64,000 nt of DNA, taken from NCBI GenBank assembly GCA_963759805.1, contig CAVXAT010000002.1, forward strand, positions 1 through 64,000, read 5' to 3'. A program made the translations under genes and the position numbers. This DNA is from an uncultured bacterium. Lineage in GTDB: Bacteria > Babelota > Babeliae > Babelales > RVW-14. The notes under the pieces are model-generated. The model did not search any database. It was not told the origin of the DNA and was given only the letters and a program-made list of their open reading frames with translations. Shown here piece by piece: positions 9,234 through 20,092 of the stretch. The number at the start of each line of letters is the position of its first letter. Within the stretch, counting starts at the first letter, position 1.

Positions 9234-9980
9234 TTAAATTCTTGTTAACACTTCTGAGCCATTCTTAACAACCAAAACAGTGTCTTCAACATGTGCTGAT
9301 AGCCCACCATCTGCAGTTTTAGCCGTCCAACCATCCTGTAAAATTCGAACTTCATGACTTCGCTCTGAAATCATCGGCTCAATCGCTAACGTCATTCCTT
9401 CTCTCAAAACTGTATCATCTACTGTTTTTCTGTAATTAGGAATCTCAGGCTCTTCATGCAAATCCTTTCCAATTCCATGCCCTGCAAAAGCTCTAATTAC
9501 GGAAAAACCATCAGTTTCAACTTTATCTTGAATACATGCTGAAATTTCAGAGATCTTAACACCCGGCGCAACCTTTGCAATTGCAGCGTCCAAAGCGATC
9601 TGAGCTGTTTGCGCCATCTTCCTTGCAGTTACACAAACATTTCCCACAAAAAAGAACCTTGTAATATCAGCACAGTAACTTTTATAAGACCCTACAACGT
9701 CTATCTTAACAAAATCTCCAGATTTTAAAATAAGATCTTTTGATGGAATCCCATGAACTATGACGTCATTAAGCGAAATACACGTCGCATGCTTATAACC
9801 GGCATATCCCTTGCAGAAAGGAACAAGCCCGGATTTACGCATTTTTTCTTCAATTATTCTGTCCAAATCCCAGGTACTAATTCCAGCCCTAACCTCAGGT
9901 TGTATATCATGTAAAATGGTTGCCAGTCGTTTACCGGCGATTCTCATCTTCTCAATTGCAATCTTATTTTTTATCAACAT
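9234..9980 (-). CDS. map: Type I methionine aminopeptidase
   Basis: HGIP, GHGIG..LHEEP, AIEPM, SAHVEDT. Confidence 0.96.
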   Translation of the reverse strand: MLIKNKIAIEKMRIAGKRLATILHDIQPEVRAGISTWDLDRIIEEKMRKSGLVPFCKGYAGYKHATCISLNDVIVHGIPSKDLILKSGDFVKIDVVGSYKSYCADITRFFFVGNVCVTARKMAQTAQIALDAAIAKVAPGVKISEISACIQDKVETDGFSVIRAFAGHGIGKDLHEEPEIPNYRKTVDDTVLREGMTLAIEPMISERSHEVRILQDGWTAKTADGGLSAHVEDTVLVVKNGSEVLTRI

Positions 9981-9988
9981 GACCCTCT

Positions 9989-11308
9989 TTAACGTACATA
10001 GCGGCCCTTTAACCTGCCGGATGCAAGAAAGCCTTCATAGCGTCTCTCGATTAAATGGGATTCAATCTGAGCAGACGTATCAAGAGCCACACCTACAACA
10101 ATCAGCATACTCACGCCACTAAAAAACACGGGAAAGTTAATAAAATGTCTAATTATGGTTGGCAAAATAGCCAAACCAGCTAAATACATCGCACCTGGAA
10201 AGCCTATTCTTGTCAAAAGATAATCGAAAAACTCAGCCGTCTTTTTACCGGGGCGAATTCCGGGAATAAATCCACCTGATTTTCTAATATTTTCAGCTAA
10301 TTCTACCGGATTGAAAATAATCGCAGTATAAAAATATGTAAAAAACACTATCAAACCGGCATTTAAAACGTTGTAAAGTACTGAATAAGGACTAAAATAA
10401 TCCGACATTATGGATGAAATCGCAGGCCACCTGTATGCAAATAACCCGGCAATAGCCATCGGCATCGCCAAAATAGATTGGGAGAAAATCACAGGAACAA
10501 CACCTGCTGGATTAATTTTCAAAGGAATATAAGAGCTTTGCCCACCATAAACCTTATGCCCAACAACTCTTTTTGCGTACTGTACAGGAATTTTGCGCTC
10601 ACCTCTTTCAAGAAAGATGATGCACATAATCACGCCGACCACAATGGCAAGAAGCAATGCAGCCAAAAAGAGTCCTATTTGCCCCATCTGATAATTTTCC
10701 CACAATTTGATTATTGCACCTGGTAAAGCAGTAACGATACCTGCAAATATTATCATCGAACTACCATTACCCAATCCGTGAGCATTAATTTGTTCACCAA
10801 GCCACATCACAAAGAGAGACCCAACGCTTAAAATAAGTACTGTCGTTAGCTTGAAACCCAATCCGGGAGCAAATACCAAACCAGTTTGATGCTCCATGTA
10901 CGCAGCAATACCAACGGATTGCACTAATGCAATGCCAAACGTCAAATATCTTGTATATTGATTAATAATACTTCTTCCATATTCACCCTCTTTTGACAAT
11001 GCTTCCAATGAAGGAACCATAATCGTCAAAAGCTGCATCATAATCGATGCACTAATGTACGGTGAAACACCAAGCGAAAATATAGAAAAAAGTTTTAATG
11101 CTCCACCGGAAAAAAGATCCAAGTAGGAAAGCAAACTTCCTGCCAAACTTGAATCAAATCTTCCATACAGAGCAGCAACATCTATTCCGGGAACACTTAT
11201 ATGTGCCCCAAACCTGAATACTGCAAACATTCCAAAGGTGAATGCAAGCTTTTTTCTTAACTCCGAAACAAGAAATATGTTCTTGAAGTTATGCAGTTGT
11301 ACCACCAC
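9989..11308 (-). CDS. secY: Preprotein translocase SecY
   Basis: LGVSPYISASI, GLGNGSS, IPGIRPG; multi-pass hydrophobic pattern. Confidence 0.97.
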   Translation of the reverse strand: MVVQLHNFKNIFLVSELRKKLAFTFGMFAVFRFGAHISVPGIDVAALYGRFDSSLAGSLLSYLDLFSGGALKLFSIFSLGVSPYISASIMMQLLTIMVPSLEALSKEGEYGRSIINQYTRYLTFGIALVQSVGIAAYMEHQTGLVFAPGLGFKLTTVLILSVGSLFVMWLGEQINAHGLGNGSSMIIFAGIVTALPGAIIKLWENYQMGQIGLFLAALLLAIVVGVIMCIIFLERGERKIPVQYAKRVVGHKVYGGQSSYIPLKINPAGVVPVIFSQSILAMPMAIAGLFAYRWPAISSIMSDYFSPYSVLYNVLNAGLIVFFTYFYTAIIFNPVELAENIRKSGGFIPGIRPGKKTAEFFDYLLTRIGFPGAMYLAGLAILPTIIRHFINFPVFFSGVSMLIVVGVALDTSAQIESHLIERRYEGFLASGRLKGRYVR

Positions 11309-11762
11309 TTCCAGACTCCTTCATCAATATTGCCTTACCACCAGCGTTTTCAATTGCCTTAATAGCCGATTGACTAAATGCATCTGCATTTACAGTCAGC
11401 TTTTTGGTCAATTTTCCATTACCAAGAATTTTTACAAAGAATCCCTTGTTCCCCTTCACCAATCGCAAATCTTTTAATGCTTGCAATGTAACTTCATCAC
11501 CAGCATTAAACTTCTCTTCCAAAACTTCGAGATTTAAAACAACATACTCTATTTTAAATTCTCTGTTGGTAAAACCACGTCTTGGAATACGACGATTCAA
11601 AGGCATTTGTCCGCCTTCAAATAAAGGGCCAACCTTATGGGTTCCTCCGGTTCTTGCTCTCTGTCCCTTGTTACCTCTGCCGGAAGTACCCCCACGATCA
11701 CCACCGCGACCTTTGCGTTTTGTTTTTTTGGTAATTTGCGTTAATTTTTCAAGCTGCAACAT
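11289..11762 (-). CDS. rplO: 50S ribosomal protein L15
   Basis: GRGNKGQRAR, FEGGQMPL. Confidence 0.96.
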   Translation of the reverse strand: MLQLEKLTQITKKTKRKGRGGDRGGTSGRGNKGQRARTGGTHKVGPLFEGGQMPLNRRIPRRGFTNREFKIEYVVLNLEVLEEKFNAGDEVTLQALKDLRLVKGNKGFFVKILGNGKLTKKLTVNADAFSQSAIKAIENAGGKAILMKESGSGGTTA

Positions 11763-12300
11763 GTTTTTCCTCAAACAAGTCTTTCATTGTTTTACCACGC
11801 AATCTAGCAATCTCTTTTGCGGTTCTCAATTTGCCCAACGCCTGCAACGTTGCCTTAACAACGTTTTGAGGATTAGACGATCCAATCGTTTTTGCTAAAA
11901 TGTCTTTGATTCCGGCAACTTCCATAACTGCTCGAACGGCACCACCAGCTATGACACCGGTACCTTTTGATGCAGAACGAATAATTACTTTACTGCCACC
12001 CTGCTTTCCTTCTACGTTAAATGGAATTGTTGTCTTGTAGAATGGAATCGAAATCATATTTTTTCTTGCACGACGCAGTGCTTTGGCAATTGCAGAAGAA
12101 ACCTCTCTGCTTTTTCCAAGAGCAACACCAATGTTACCCTTTTTATCACCAACAACTACTAATGCTGAAAATGCAAAACGACGACCACCTTTAATAACTT
12201 TTGCAACTCTTCTAACATTTAGAACAGCTTCAGAATACTCTTCTGCCTGCGGAACCGATGCTTTTGCTAATAAGCTTCTTTTGTTTTTCTCTTCGGCCAT
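11749..12300 (-). CDS. rpsE: 30S ribosomal protein S5
   Basis: RVAKVIKGGRRF, GTGVIAGG. Confidence 0.97.
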   Translation of the reverse strand: MAEEKNKRSLLAKASVPQAEEYSEAVLNVRRVAKVIKGGRRFAFSALVVVGDKKGNIGVALGKSREVSSAIAKALRRARKNMISIPFYKTTIPFNVEGKQGGSKVIIRSASKGTGVIAGGAVRAVMEVAGIKDILAKTIGSSNPQNVVKATLQALGKLRTAKEIARLRGKTMKDLFEEKHVAA

Positions 12301-12333
12301 AATCTCTTCCTACGTTCCTAAATTTTCACAATA

Positions 12334-12690
12334 TTAAAAATTCAAGCCAGCTTCTCGTAACCCGTCAGCCAATGCTTTTACTCGACCATGATACTTATAT
12401 CTGCCACGATCGAAGAAGACCTCTTTGATCGCTTTTTCTGCAGCTAACTTCCCAAGCTCCAAACCAACAAGTTTGGCAACTTCTTTCTTATCCCCTTTTG
12501 CTTTTTTTAAATTAAGAGAAGAAAAACTGACTAAAGTTTTTTGGGTGCTATCATCTATGATCTGAGCATAAATGTTTGCAAGGCTTCTGAAAACAGCTAT
12601 GCGTGGCTTTTCGCCTCGACTAACCTGGTTTCCTCTAACCCTAAAAACTCTTCTCTGTGTTTTCTGCGCTTTTTTTCTTATCAAACTCAC
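12334..12690 (-). CDS. rplR: 50S ribosomal protein L18
   Basis: FDRGRYKYHGRVKALA. Confidence 0.96.
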   Translation of the reverse strand: MSLIRKKAQKTQRRVFRVRGNQVSRGEKPRIAVFRSLANIYAQIIDDSTQKTLVSFSSLNLKKAKGDKKEVAKLVGLELGKLAAEKAIKEVFFDRGRYKYHGRVKALADGLREAGLNF

Positions 12691-12729
12691 GTGTATATCC
12701 TTTTCAACACAAAACTACCCAGACAAAAA

Positions 12730-13287
12730 TTATGCTGCTGCTGAAGCTTTTGTTTTACCAGCCTTACGAGTAATAACTTCGTCAACTCTCATAACACCCG
12801 TACCCTTATAAGGTTCTGGCTCTCTGAAAGACCTCACCATATCACAAACATTTCCAAGCACGAATTTATCGTGAGATTTGAATGTAAGAAGTTGTCCGGT
12901 CTTATCAACTTCAACGGTAACCCCTTCAGGAAGATTCAGATCAATTTTATGGGTATACCCCAAAGTAAATGTTAACTTTTTACCTGCAAGTTGCGCTTTA
13001 AATCCAAGCCCTACAATTTTCATTGCCTGTTCAAACCCCGCCTCCACACCCTTAATTTTATTTGCAAGCAATGCTCTATGCAAACCCCAATCCATCTTAT
13101 TTTTTTTAGATTGTTTTTCACCTTTTGCTAAAGACAAAATAAGATTTTTGTCTTTCAATGTTGCTACCAAAGTATTTGGTATTTCATGAACAAATTTTGC
13201 CTTAGCCCCTGCAATAGTAACAGTGTTTCCATTAACCTGTACCTTTGCACTCGAAAATGAAATTGCTTTTCTACCGATCTTTGACAT
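12730..13287 (-). CDS. rplF: 50S ribosomal protein L6
   Basis: MSKIGRK, PEPYKGTG. Confidence 0.96.
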   Translation of the reverse strand: MSKIGRKAISFSSAKVQVNGNTVTIAGAKAKFVHEIPNTLVATLKDKNLILSLAKGEKQSKKNKMDWGLHRALLANKIKGVEAGFEQAMKIVGLGFKAQLAGKKLTFTLGYTHKIDLNLPEGVTVEVDKTGQLLTFKSHDKFVLGNVCDMVRSFREPEPYKGTGVMRVDEVITRKAGKTKASAAA

Positions 13288-13298
13288 ATTTCTGCCCT

Positions 13299-13691
13299 CT
13301 ACCAAACGTGACAAATAACTTCTCCGCCAACACCGAGCTTTTTAGCCTGTCGATCGGTTATAACACCCGAGCTTGTCGTTAAAATTGAAATTCCAAGACC
13401 CCCGATAACAGGCGTAATGGATTTTGAACTCTCATATTGACGACGTCCCGGAGTACTAATACTTGTTATTTCATGGATAACAGACTCACCATCAACATAT
13501 TTCAAAAATACTGTTAAAGTTTTTTTGCTGTCTTCTTCTGAGATTTTAAAATCTTTGATGTACCCCTCGTCTTTCAAGACTTTAGCAATCTCAACTTTTA
13601 AAACTGAGCTAGGAATAGCTACAGATCTTTTATTAACTTTTAATCCGTTTCTAATAATTGTTAAAAAATCGCCTATCATATCTCTGGACAT
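13299..13691 (-). CDS. rpsH: 30S ribosomal protein S8
   Basis: DMIGDFLTIIRN, GGEVICHVW; start moved to the ATG at 13691. Confidence 0.96.
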   Translation of the reverse strand: MSRDMIGDFLTIIRNGLKVNKRSVAIPSSVLKVEIAKVLKDEGYIKDFKISEEDSKKTLTVFLKYVDGESVIHEITSISTPGRRQYESSKSITPVIGGLGISILTTSSGVITDRQAKKLGVGGEVICHVW

Positions 13692-13707
13692 AATCAAATT
13701 CCCACTT

Positions 13708-13893
13708 TTACCAACTAGCCTTTTTAATTCCAGGCAAAACACCCTGCAATGCATTTTTACGAAAACACATCCTGCACATCTCGAAAAAACGCATATACGC
13801 ACGCGGTCTTCCGCAGAGCTTACAACGATTTCTTGCTCGAGTCGAAAATTTAGGAGTTTTATTACTTTTTTCTATCATCGCTTTTCTTGCCAT
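13708..13893 (-). CDS. rpsN: 30S ribosomal protein S14, short Zn-binding type
   Basis: [15 protein letters not shown], 61 aa. Confidence 0.96.
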   Translation of the reverse strand: MARKAMIEKSNKTPKFSTRARNRCKLCGRPRAYMRFFEMCRMCFRKNALQGVLPGIKKASW

Positions 13894-13905
13894 ATCAATC
13901 CTCTA

Positions 13906-14454
13906 TTAACTCTTCTTTCGGAAAGGCATATTAAATTTTTTTAGCAATGCAAGCGCATGCTCATCTGTTCGGGCTGTAGTATGAATTGTTATATTCAAAC
14001 CACGGCTTCTATCGACTTTATCATAATCAACTTCAGGAAAGTTAATCCAGTCCGATAACCCAAGATTATAATTACCCGTTCCGTCAAACTTAGTCGAAAT
14101 TCCCTGAAAATCACGAACGGATGGTAATACAATATTTATAAGCTTGTCCAAAAAATGATACATTCTCGATTTACGTAAAGTAACGCAAACTCCGATTGGC
14201 ATTCCCTGACGTAACTTAAAACTTGCAATCGATTTTTTTGCAAGTGTTTTAACTGAACACTGTCCTGCAATTTTATCAATCAAATCCTTTACCTGTGTTA
14301 CAACTTTTGAGTCAGTAACACCCTCTTTTACGGCAATGTTAATAACAATTTTGGAAATTGCAGGAACTTCCATAACATTCCCAACGCCTAACTCTTTTTC
14401 AAGTTCTGGGCGAATTTTTGTTTTATATAAATCTTCAAGTCGTGATTTATTCAT
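13906..14454 (-). CDS. rplE: 50S ribosomal protein L5
   Basis: AKKSIASFKLR, FDGTGNY. Confidence 0.96.
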   Translation of the reverse strand: MNKSRLEDLYKTKIRPELEKELGVGNVMEVPAISKIVINIAVKEGVTDSKVVTQVKDLIDKIAGQCSVKTLAKKSIASFKLRQGMPIGVCVTLRKSRMYHFLDKLINIVLPSVRDFQGISTKFDGTGNYNLGLSDWINFPEVDYDKVDRSRGLNITIHTTARTDEHALALLKKFNMPFRKKS

Positions 14455-14469
14455 AGACCTTACCTACCA

Positions 14470-14784
14470 TTAAAAAGATTCTTTGCATCTATGACAAATT
14501 CTTGCTTTGTCATTTTCTTCTAAAAATTTAACCTGTACACGGCAAGGCTTTTTGCAAGAAGGACAAATTGGCATAACTTTATGCAAAGGAATTGGACGTT
14601 CTTCTTTTACAATTCCACTTTTTTGGCCAGCTTTTCTTGCTTTTACATGTCGGGTCACAATTTCCACATCTTTTACAACAACAGTACTATTATGATTATC
14701 GACATTAATTACTAAACCTTGCTTGCCTCTATCTTTTCCGGAAAGAACAATAACTGAATCGTTCTTTTTCACTCTACTTAACAT
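14470..14784 (-). CDS. rplX: 50S ribosomal protein L24
   Basis: KOW motif VLSGKDRGKQG. Confidence 0.95.
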   Translation of the reverse strand: MLSRVKKNDSVIVLSGKDRGKQGLVINVDNHNSTVVVKDVEIVTRHVKARKAGQKSGIVKEERPIPLHKVMPICPSCKKPCRVQVKFLEENDKARICHRCKESF

Positions 14785-14800
14785 ATTTTTACCTCAACAC

Positions 14801-15169
14801 TTACCAAACTTCAGGCGCAAGCGAGATAATCTTAGCATACCCAGCAGCCCTCAATTCTCTTGCAATAGGACCGAAAATACGCGTTCCAACTGGCTGTTTT
14901 TCTTTATCAATGATAACAGCCGCATTATCATCGAAACGAATATAACTGCCATCAGAACGACGACATTCCTTACGAGTTCTAACAATAACAGCATCCAGCA
15001 CTTCGCTTTTTTTAACAGTCCCACCAGGGATTGCATTTTTCACTGTAACCTTAACAATATCACCCAAGTAGGCATAACGTTTTTTGCTACATCCTGTGAT
15101 ACGAATAACTTGCAACTTTTTAGCGCCAGAATTATCAGCAACCTCAAGCATTGCACGTTCTTTAACCAT
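14801..15169 (-). CDS. rplN: 50S ribosomal protein L14
   Basis: [21 protein letters not shown]. Confidence 0.97.
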   Translation of the reverse strand: MVKERAMLEVADNSGAKKLQVIRITGCSKKRYAYLGDIVKVTVKNAIPGGTVKKSEVLDAVIVRTRKECRRSDGSYIRFDDNAAVIIDKEKQPVGTRIFGPIARELRAAGYAKIISLAPEVW

Positions 15170-15194
15170 CGCTAGTATCCTTTTCTATGCATAT

Positions 15195-15470
15195 TTAACT
15201 TTTTGGCAAAATTCGAACCAAGGTTGCATGCTTTGTTTTGGATAATGGTCGACATTCTTTAATTTCAACAACATCCCCAATACTAGCCTTGTTTTCTTCA
15301 TCGTGCGCTTTAAACTTTCTGTGTCTCTTGACAACTTTTCCATACAATGGATGCTTTAACAATCTTGTAACTTTAACAACAATTGTCTTGTCCATTTTAT
15401 CAGAGACAACCTCGCCGACAAACACTCGGCTCCCTGATTCTTGAATATTTTGTTTAGCCTTATCCGACAT
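15195..15470 (-). CDS. rpsQ: 30S ribosomal protein S17
   Basis: [16 protein letters not shown]. Confidence 0.97.
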   Translation of the reverse strand: MSDKAKQNIQESGSRVFVGEVVSDKMDKTIVVKVTRLLKHPLYGKVVKRHRKFKAHDEENKASIGDVVEIKECRPLSKTKHATLVRILPKS

Positions 15471-15511
15471 TTCTTACCTAACCTCTAATCAATAAACTGC
15501 ATTTTGACAAC

Positions 15512-15702
15512 TTACTGCTGCTTTTGATTCAAATATGTAAGAGCTCTTGCAATCTGAACTCTCAATTTCCTGAACTGAGATAAATCCTTTAACTGACCAG
15601 TTATCTTAGTTAATTTTAGATTAAAAAGCTCTTTTTTTAATGAAGCAACCTCTTGCTTAAGAGCTGCACATCTAAATTTTTCAATTCTTTTTTGTCCATC
15701 AT
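15512..15702 (-). CDS. rpmC: 50S ribosomal protein L29 (one base apparently missing near 15668)
   Basis: SD GGGAG then ATGATG gives MMDKKELKNLD. A one-base shift continues AALKQEVASLKKELFNLK...IARALT. Confidence 0.88.
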
Positions 15703-15716
15703 AAAATGCAACTCCC

Positions 15717-16156
15717 TTAAGCAGACTTATCTCAGCCGAAATCAAATCAGCCTTGGTAACAAAACGAGTTTTCAACGGAAGCTTATATGCAGCAAGTCGC
15801 AAAATCTCTTTTGCTTCTAATTCCGTAAGCCCTCCGCCCAACTCAACAATCACACGACCACGTTTAACAACAGACACCCAAAACTCAGGATTTCCCTTAC
15901 CTTTACCCATTCGAGTTTCAGCAGGTTTTTTCGAAATAGGCTTATCAGGAAACATTCTTAAATACAACTGGCCAACTTTCTTAAGCTGCCGACTAATGGT
16001 TACACGAAGTGATTCAATCTGCTTTGATGTAACCCAATGAGGTTCCATTGCAACTAAGCCAAAATCGCCAAAAGCCACAGTTCGGGCACCCTTAGAGAGG
16101 CCCTTCATACGCCCTCTCTGCGCTTTTCTAAATTTAGTTTTCTTTGGCATTAACAT
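15717..16156 (-). CDS. rplP: 50S ribosomal protein L16 (one base apparently missing near 15731)
   Basis: RMGKGKG motif. A natural-looking end SAEDKSA-TAA at 15717 lies one base out of frame. Confidence 0.92.
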
Positions 16157-16179
16157 AGCTCATTCCTTCCAAGGCTGTA

Positions 16180-16800
16180 TTAATATTCGCCTTTGCAAAT
16201 CCAGACTTTCACACCAATCACACCATAAGTTGTAACAGCTTCGGCAAGAGCATAATCAACATTACTTCTTAGCGTATGTAAAGGAATGGAACCCACTCTT
16301 AACCATTCAGTACGAGCTATTTCAGCTCCCCCAATACGTCCAGAAATACAAATTTTAACTCCGCGTGCACCATTTTTTATTGCAGTAAAACCTGCTCTTT
16401 TCATTAAACGTTTATAATTGGCGCGTTTTTCAAGCTGTTCAGCAATGCTTTTTGCCACAAGCGCTGAGTTCAAATCTCTGGTCCTAACTTCCTGAACCGA
16501 GAGCTCGACGTTTTTACCTATAAAACTGCCTAACTCCTGCTTGACCTTTTCAATCCCTAAACCCTTTTTTCCGATGATAACACCGGGACGAGAAGAGTGA
16601 ATTGTAATTCTCACATTTCCAACCGCTTTATCAATTACAATTTTGGCAACTTCAACGTCATTTAGTTTACTTTTAAGATATTTACGAATCTGAATGTCTT
16701 CAATAAGATCAGCACCATAACCCTTTTTAGCAAACCAATGAGCGTGCCAATCTTCGAAAACCCCTAACCTAAAACCTACTGGATGAACCTTTTGTCCCAC
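16180..16800 (-). CDS. rpsC: 30S ribosomal protein S3
   Basis: MGQKVHPVGFRLG, PLHTLR. Confidence 0.97.
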   Translation of the reverse strand: MGQKVHPVGFRLGVFEDWHAHWFAKKGYGADLIEDIQIRKYLKSKLNDVEVAKIVIDKAVGNVRITIHSSRPGVIIGKKGLGIEKVKQELGSFIGKNVELSVQEVRTRDLNSALVAKSIAEQLEKRANYKRLMKRAGFTAIKNGARGVKICISGRIGGAEIARTEWLRVGSIPLHTLRSNVDYALAEAVTTYGVIGVKVWICKGEY

Positions 16801-16838
16801 AGTAACACCTCTAATTTTCTTTTATTTTCAACCAAATC

Positions 16839-17180
16839 TTAAAATTTCTTGTCAAGAACAATTTCCAAATGACTCAACCGTCTTCTCTGCATATTTGCAC
16901 GCCCCATAGCCCCAGGCTTAAAATACTTTATAACCGGACCATGATCAATGGTAATCTGTTTAATGTAAAGTTTATCCATCGAGTCAATTTCTGGATTCTT
17001 AAAGCGTACATTTGAATATGCGGAAAATAATGTCTTCAATATTGGTTTTGCTTTTCTTACGCCAACAGTCTTCAGAAAGGCAAATGCCTTATCTACCGAA
17101 TACCCGCGAATCACATCCACCATTGGGCGAAGTTTGTAAGGGGAAATTCGTATATATTTACATTTAGCACGTGAAAGCAT
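16839..17180 (-). CDS. rplV: 50S ribosomal protein L22
   Basis: RISPYK, PGAMGRA. Confidence 0.95.
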   Translation of the reverse strand: MLSRAKCKYIRISPYKLRPMVDVIRGYSVDKAFAFLKTVGVRKAKPILKTLFSAYSNVRFKNPEIDSMDKLYIKQITIDHGPVIKYFKPGAMGRANMQRRRLSHLEIVLDKKF

Positions 17181-17225
17181 TATTAACAACCTTTATTATT
17201 GTAACAAAAAACTAACTATTTGTAC

Positions 17226-17624
17226 CTACTTCTTTTTTGCGGTACCTGCTGCAGGAGCAACTGGAGCTGCAGTAGCTGCAGGGGTTGCCGTTGCAGTGGC
17301 AGCTGGGGCGGCCGCACCTGGTACTGGAGCCAACGGAGTTGGAGCACCTTCCACACCTGCTTTTCGTTGTCCGCTGTGTACACGAAATGTTCTAGTAGGA
17401 ACAAACTCACCTAACTTATGCCCCACCGCATTTTCAGTAATAAAAACTGAAACAAATTTTCTTCCGTCATGAACGGCAATAGTCATTCCAACCATTTCAG
17501 GAAGAATCATACTGGCGCGTTTCCAAGTTTTTATTACTTCCCGCTTTCCAGATTCTTTAACTTTTTCAATTTTTCCCATCAAACATGGCGATATGTATGG
17601 GCCTTTGCTCAAAGATCTTGACAT
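17226..17624 (-). CDS. rpsS: 30S ribosomal protein S19 with Ala/Pro/Thr tail
   Basis: [12 protein letters not shown]. Confidence 0.96.
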   Translation of the reverse strand: MSRSLSKGPYISPCLMGKIEKVKESGKREVIKTWKRASMILPEMVGMTIAVHDGRKFVSVFITENAVGHKLGEFVPTRTFRVHSGQRKAGVEGAPTPLAPVPGAAAPAATATATPAATAAPVAPAAGTAKKK

Positions 17625-17637
17625 ACTCAATTATCCT

Positions 17638-18453
17638 TTATTTTCTTCTTTTCAGAATAGCTGTACTCTTACGTTTACGCGTTCTTACACCTTTACAGCT
17701 CTTACCCCATGGAGTCATTGGGTGAGATCCAGATTTTGAACGACCTTCACCACCACCATGTGGGTGATCGACCGGATTCATGGCCATACCACGAACCGTT
17801 GGTCTAATTCCCATACGACGGCTTCTTCCTGCTTTACCAATCACAACGTTTTTATAATCTGCATTAGAAAGAATTCCAACAGTAGCCCAGTTATCCAAAC
17901 TTACTGTTCGCATTTCTCCGGAAGGCATTTTTAAAACGGCCAATTCGCCATCTTTTCCTACCAACTGAATAGCACTTCCTGCACTTCTTGCAAATTTTCC
18001 ACCGCGACCTGCATAAAGTTCAACGTTGTGAACAAAAAATCCGACAGGAATATTTTTTAATGGCAAAGCGTTGCCAACTTTTGCCTCTGCCTTATCGCTT
18101 GCCAAAATTTCATTTCCCAAACCCAAGCCTTCAGGTTTTAAAATATAGGATTTTGCTCCATTCTTAAAATAAATAAGAGCAATTGACACATTTCTATTTG
18201 GGTCATATTCAAACGCATGTACAACACCAGGAATGTCTCTAACAACTCTTTTAAAATCAACGATTCTGTAAAGCCTCTTTGCGCCACCACCTTGATGACG
18301 ACTTGTAATGCGTCCATAGCAATTACGGCCACCAGTTTTATGTAATGGTGTAACGAGCGACTTCTCCGGACGCTCCTTACTCAGATCAGTATATTTTATG
18401 TACTGCTGTGTACGCAAAGAAGGATTTCTTGGTTTTCTACTTACAATAGCCAT
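17638..18453 (-). CDS. rplB: 50S ribosomal protein L2
   Basis: EYDPNR, MNPVDHPHGGGEG. Confidence 0.97.
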   Translation of the reverse strand: MAIVSRKPRNPSLRTQQYIKYTDLSKERPEKSLVTPLHKTGGRNCYGRITSRHQGGGAKRLYRIVDFKRVVRDIPGVVHAFEYDPNRNVSIALIYFKNGAKSYILKPEGLGLGNEILASDKAEAKVGNALPLKNIPVGFFVHNVELYAGRGGKFARSAGSAIQLVGKDGELAVLKMPSGEMRTVSLDNWATVGILSNADYKNVVIGKAGRSRRMGIRPTVRGMAMNPVDHPHGGGEGRSKSGSHPMTPWGKSCKGVRTRKRKSTAILKRRK

Positions 18454-18456
18454 TTT

Positions 18457-18816
18457 TTATTTTCCTTCAGCCTGTACATCCTTAACTTTCTGTGCACCAA
18501 AAGACTCAGCCGCGCCCATGGATTCAAACATTCCAGGTATCTCAATCTTATAACCCTTTTTAAGAGTTATAATTGCTTTCTTTTTAGCTGAAGTCAAAAA
18601 CTCTTTTCTACCAAAAGCCTTAAGCTTAGCCGGCACGGTTACCACACAAACATTTGCAACTTTTACATTCCAAATTTTTTGAATGGCATCCTTGATCATG
18701 CTTTTATTTGCTTCTTTGTGCACTTCAAACGTAAGCTTGCCCAACTTGCGATATAATTCAAAGCTCCTGCTCGTCATTATAGGCTGTTTGATAATATCAT
18801 AAACTTTTAGTTCCAT
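18457..18816 (-). CDS. rplW: 50S ribosomal protein L23
   Basis: KKKAIITL; position between rplD and rplB. Confidence 0.93.
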   Translation of the reverse strand: MELKVYDIIKQPIMTSRSFELYRKLGKLTFEVHKEANKSMIKDAIQKIWNVKVANVCVVTVPAKLKAFGRKEFLTSAKKKAIITLKKGYKIEIPGMFESMGAAESFGAQKVKDVQAEGK

Positions 18817-19439
18817 CGTGAAATCATTTCTTTAAATAAATCCACATCCTTTTTAAAAAACACCCAACAACCACCGTTGATCAAATCAAACGCATTTGGT
18901 TGATCAAACGAAATGATATGAACATTGGGAATATTTCTAAAAGATGCGATGCTTGTTATATCATCAAAAGGCAAAAACAACAACACCTTTTTATTGTCCA
19001 AAGCTGCGGCCTTCAACATTTTCTGTGCTAATTTTGTAACAGGCTTTTCAGCTGAAACAGTAAAATCTAGACAGGAAATTGCTTTTTCGGCCAATTTGGA
19101 AGATAAAATATTGTTAAAAACCAAATCCATCTCTTTGCTGTTCATTGACAAAGTTCTTGTTCTTGGTTGCGGACCAAAAATCACACCACCTTTTCTCCAA
19201 AGTGGAGATCTTAATGATCCGGCTCTTGCTCTACCCGTACCCTTTTGCTTCCAAGGTTTACGATTAGAAAATGCAAGCTCTGCCCTGGTTTTGCACCCTA
19301 CCGTACCCTGTCTCCAGTTTTGACGCAAAACGCGAATTGCTCGTGCAAATGCCACAGGATTACTCTCTTTTGCTGTGATGTCAAAACTAACAGAACCTTG
19401 AACATTGCCGTCTAAATCATAAACTATTACTTCTGACAT
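18807..19439 (-). CDS. rplD: 50S ribosomal protein L4
   Basis: KPWKQKGTGRARAG. Confidence 0.96.
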   Translation of the reverse strand: MSEVIVYDLDGNVQGSVSFDITAKESNPVAFARAIRVLRQNWRQGTVGCKTRAELAFSNRKPWKQKGTGRARAGSLRSPLWRKGGVIFGPQPRTRTLSMNSKEMDLVFNNILSSKLAEKAISCLDFTVSAEKPVTKLAQKMLKAAALDNKKVLLFLPFDDITSIASFRNIPNVHIISFDQPNAFDLINGGCWVFFKKDVDLFKEMISRWN

Positions 19440-19441
19440 GG

Positions 19442-20080
19442 CTATTTCCCTTGCTTTCTAATCAAAACCAGAGAATCTTTTTTACCAGGAACGGAGCCCT
19501 TAACTAAAACGAAGGATTTTTCTCGATCAATTTTTACAACCTCTAAACCACGAATGGTAAATTGACGACACCCCATATGTCCTGGGAATCTCTTGCCTTT
19601 AATAACCTCACCTTGTGTTCTCATGTGACTAATTGCACCGGGCCTACGATGAAATTTGGAACCGTGAGATTTTGGACCACCCGCAAAATTCCAACGCTTC
19701 ACGACACCTTGAAATCCCAATCCTCGACTTGTACCGGTAACAGCAACTTTTTGACCTTCTTGCAAAGCAATATGATCAAAAGCAACACGCTGTCCCAAGC
19801 CAAAACTTCCGGCTCCATCTTCTAAGCGTACCTCTTTAATGTTGGAAAAAAACTTATTTTTTGTTTTTAACCAATCATTAGAAAACTCTTTACCCCAGTA
19901 TTTTTCTCTTAACATACCCAATTGTAATGCAACATATCCATCTTTATCTGCAGATTTCAACTGTGTTACATACAAATTTCCGGTATCAATCACCGTAACG
20001 GGAACAACATTCCCTTCAGAGTCAAACACCTGAGTCATTCCAACTTTTTTACCTAACACACTATTCAACATAGCTGCCAT
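19442..20080 (-). CDS. rplC: 50S ribosomal protein L3
   Basis: [17 protein letters not shown]. Confidence 0.96.
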   Translation of the reverse strand: MAAMLNSVLGKKVGMTQVFDSEGNVVPVTVIDTGNLYVTQLKSADKDGYVALQLGMLREKYWGKEFSNDWLKTKNKFFSNIKEVRLEDGAGSFGLGQRVAFDHIALQEGQKVAVTGTSRGLGFQGVVKRWNFAGGPKSHGSKFHRRPGAISHMRTQGEVIKGKRFPGHMGCRQFTIRGLEVVKIDREKSFVLVKGSVPGKKDSLVLIRKQGK

Positions 20081-20092
20081 ACCTCATCTTAT

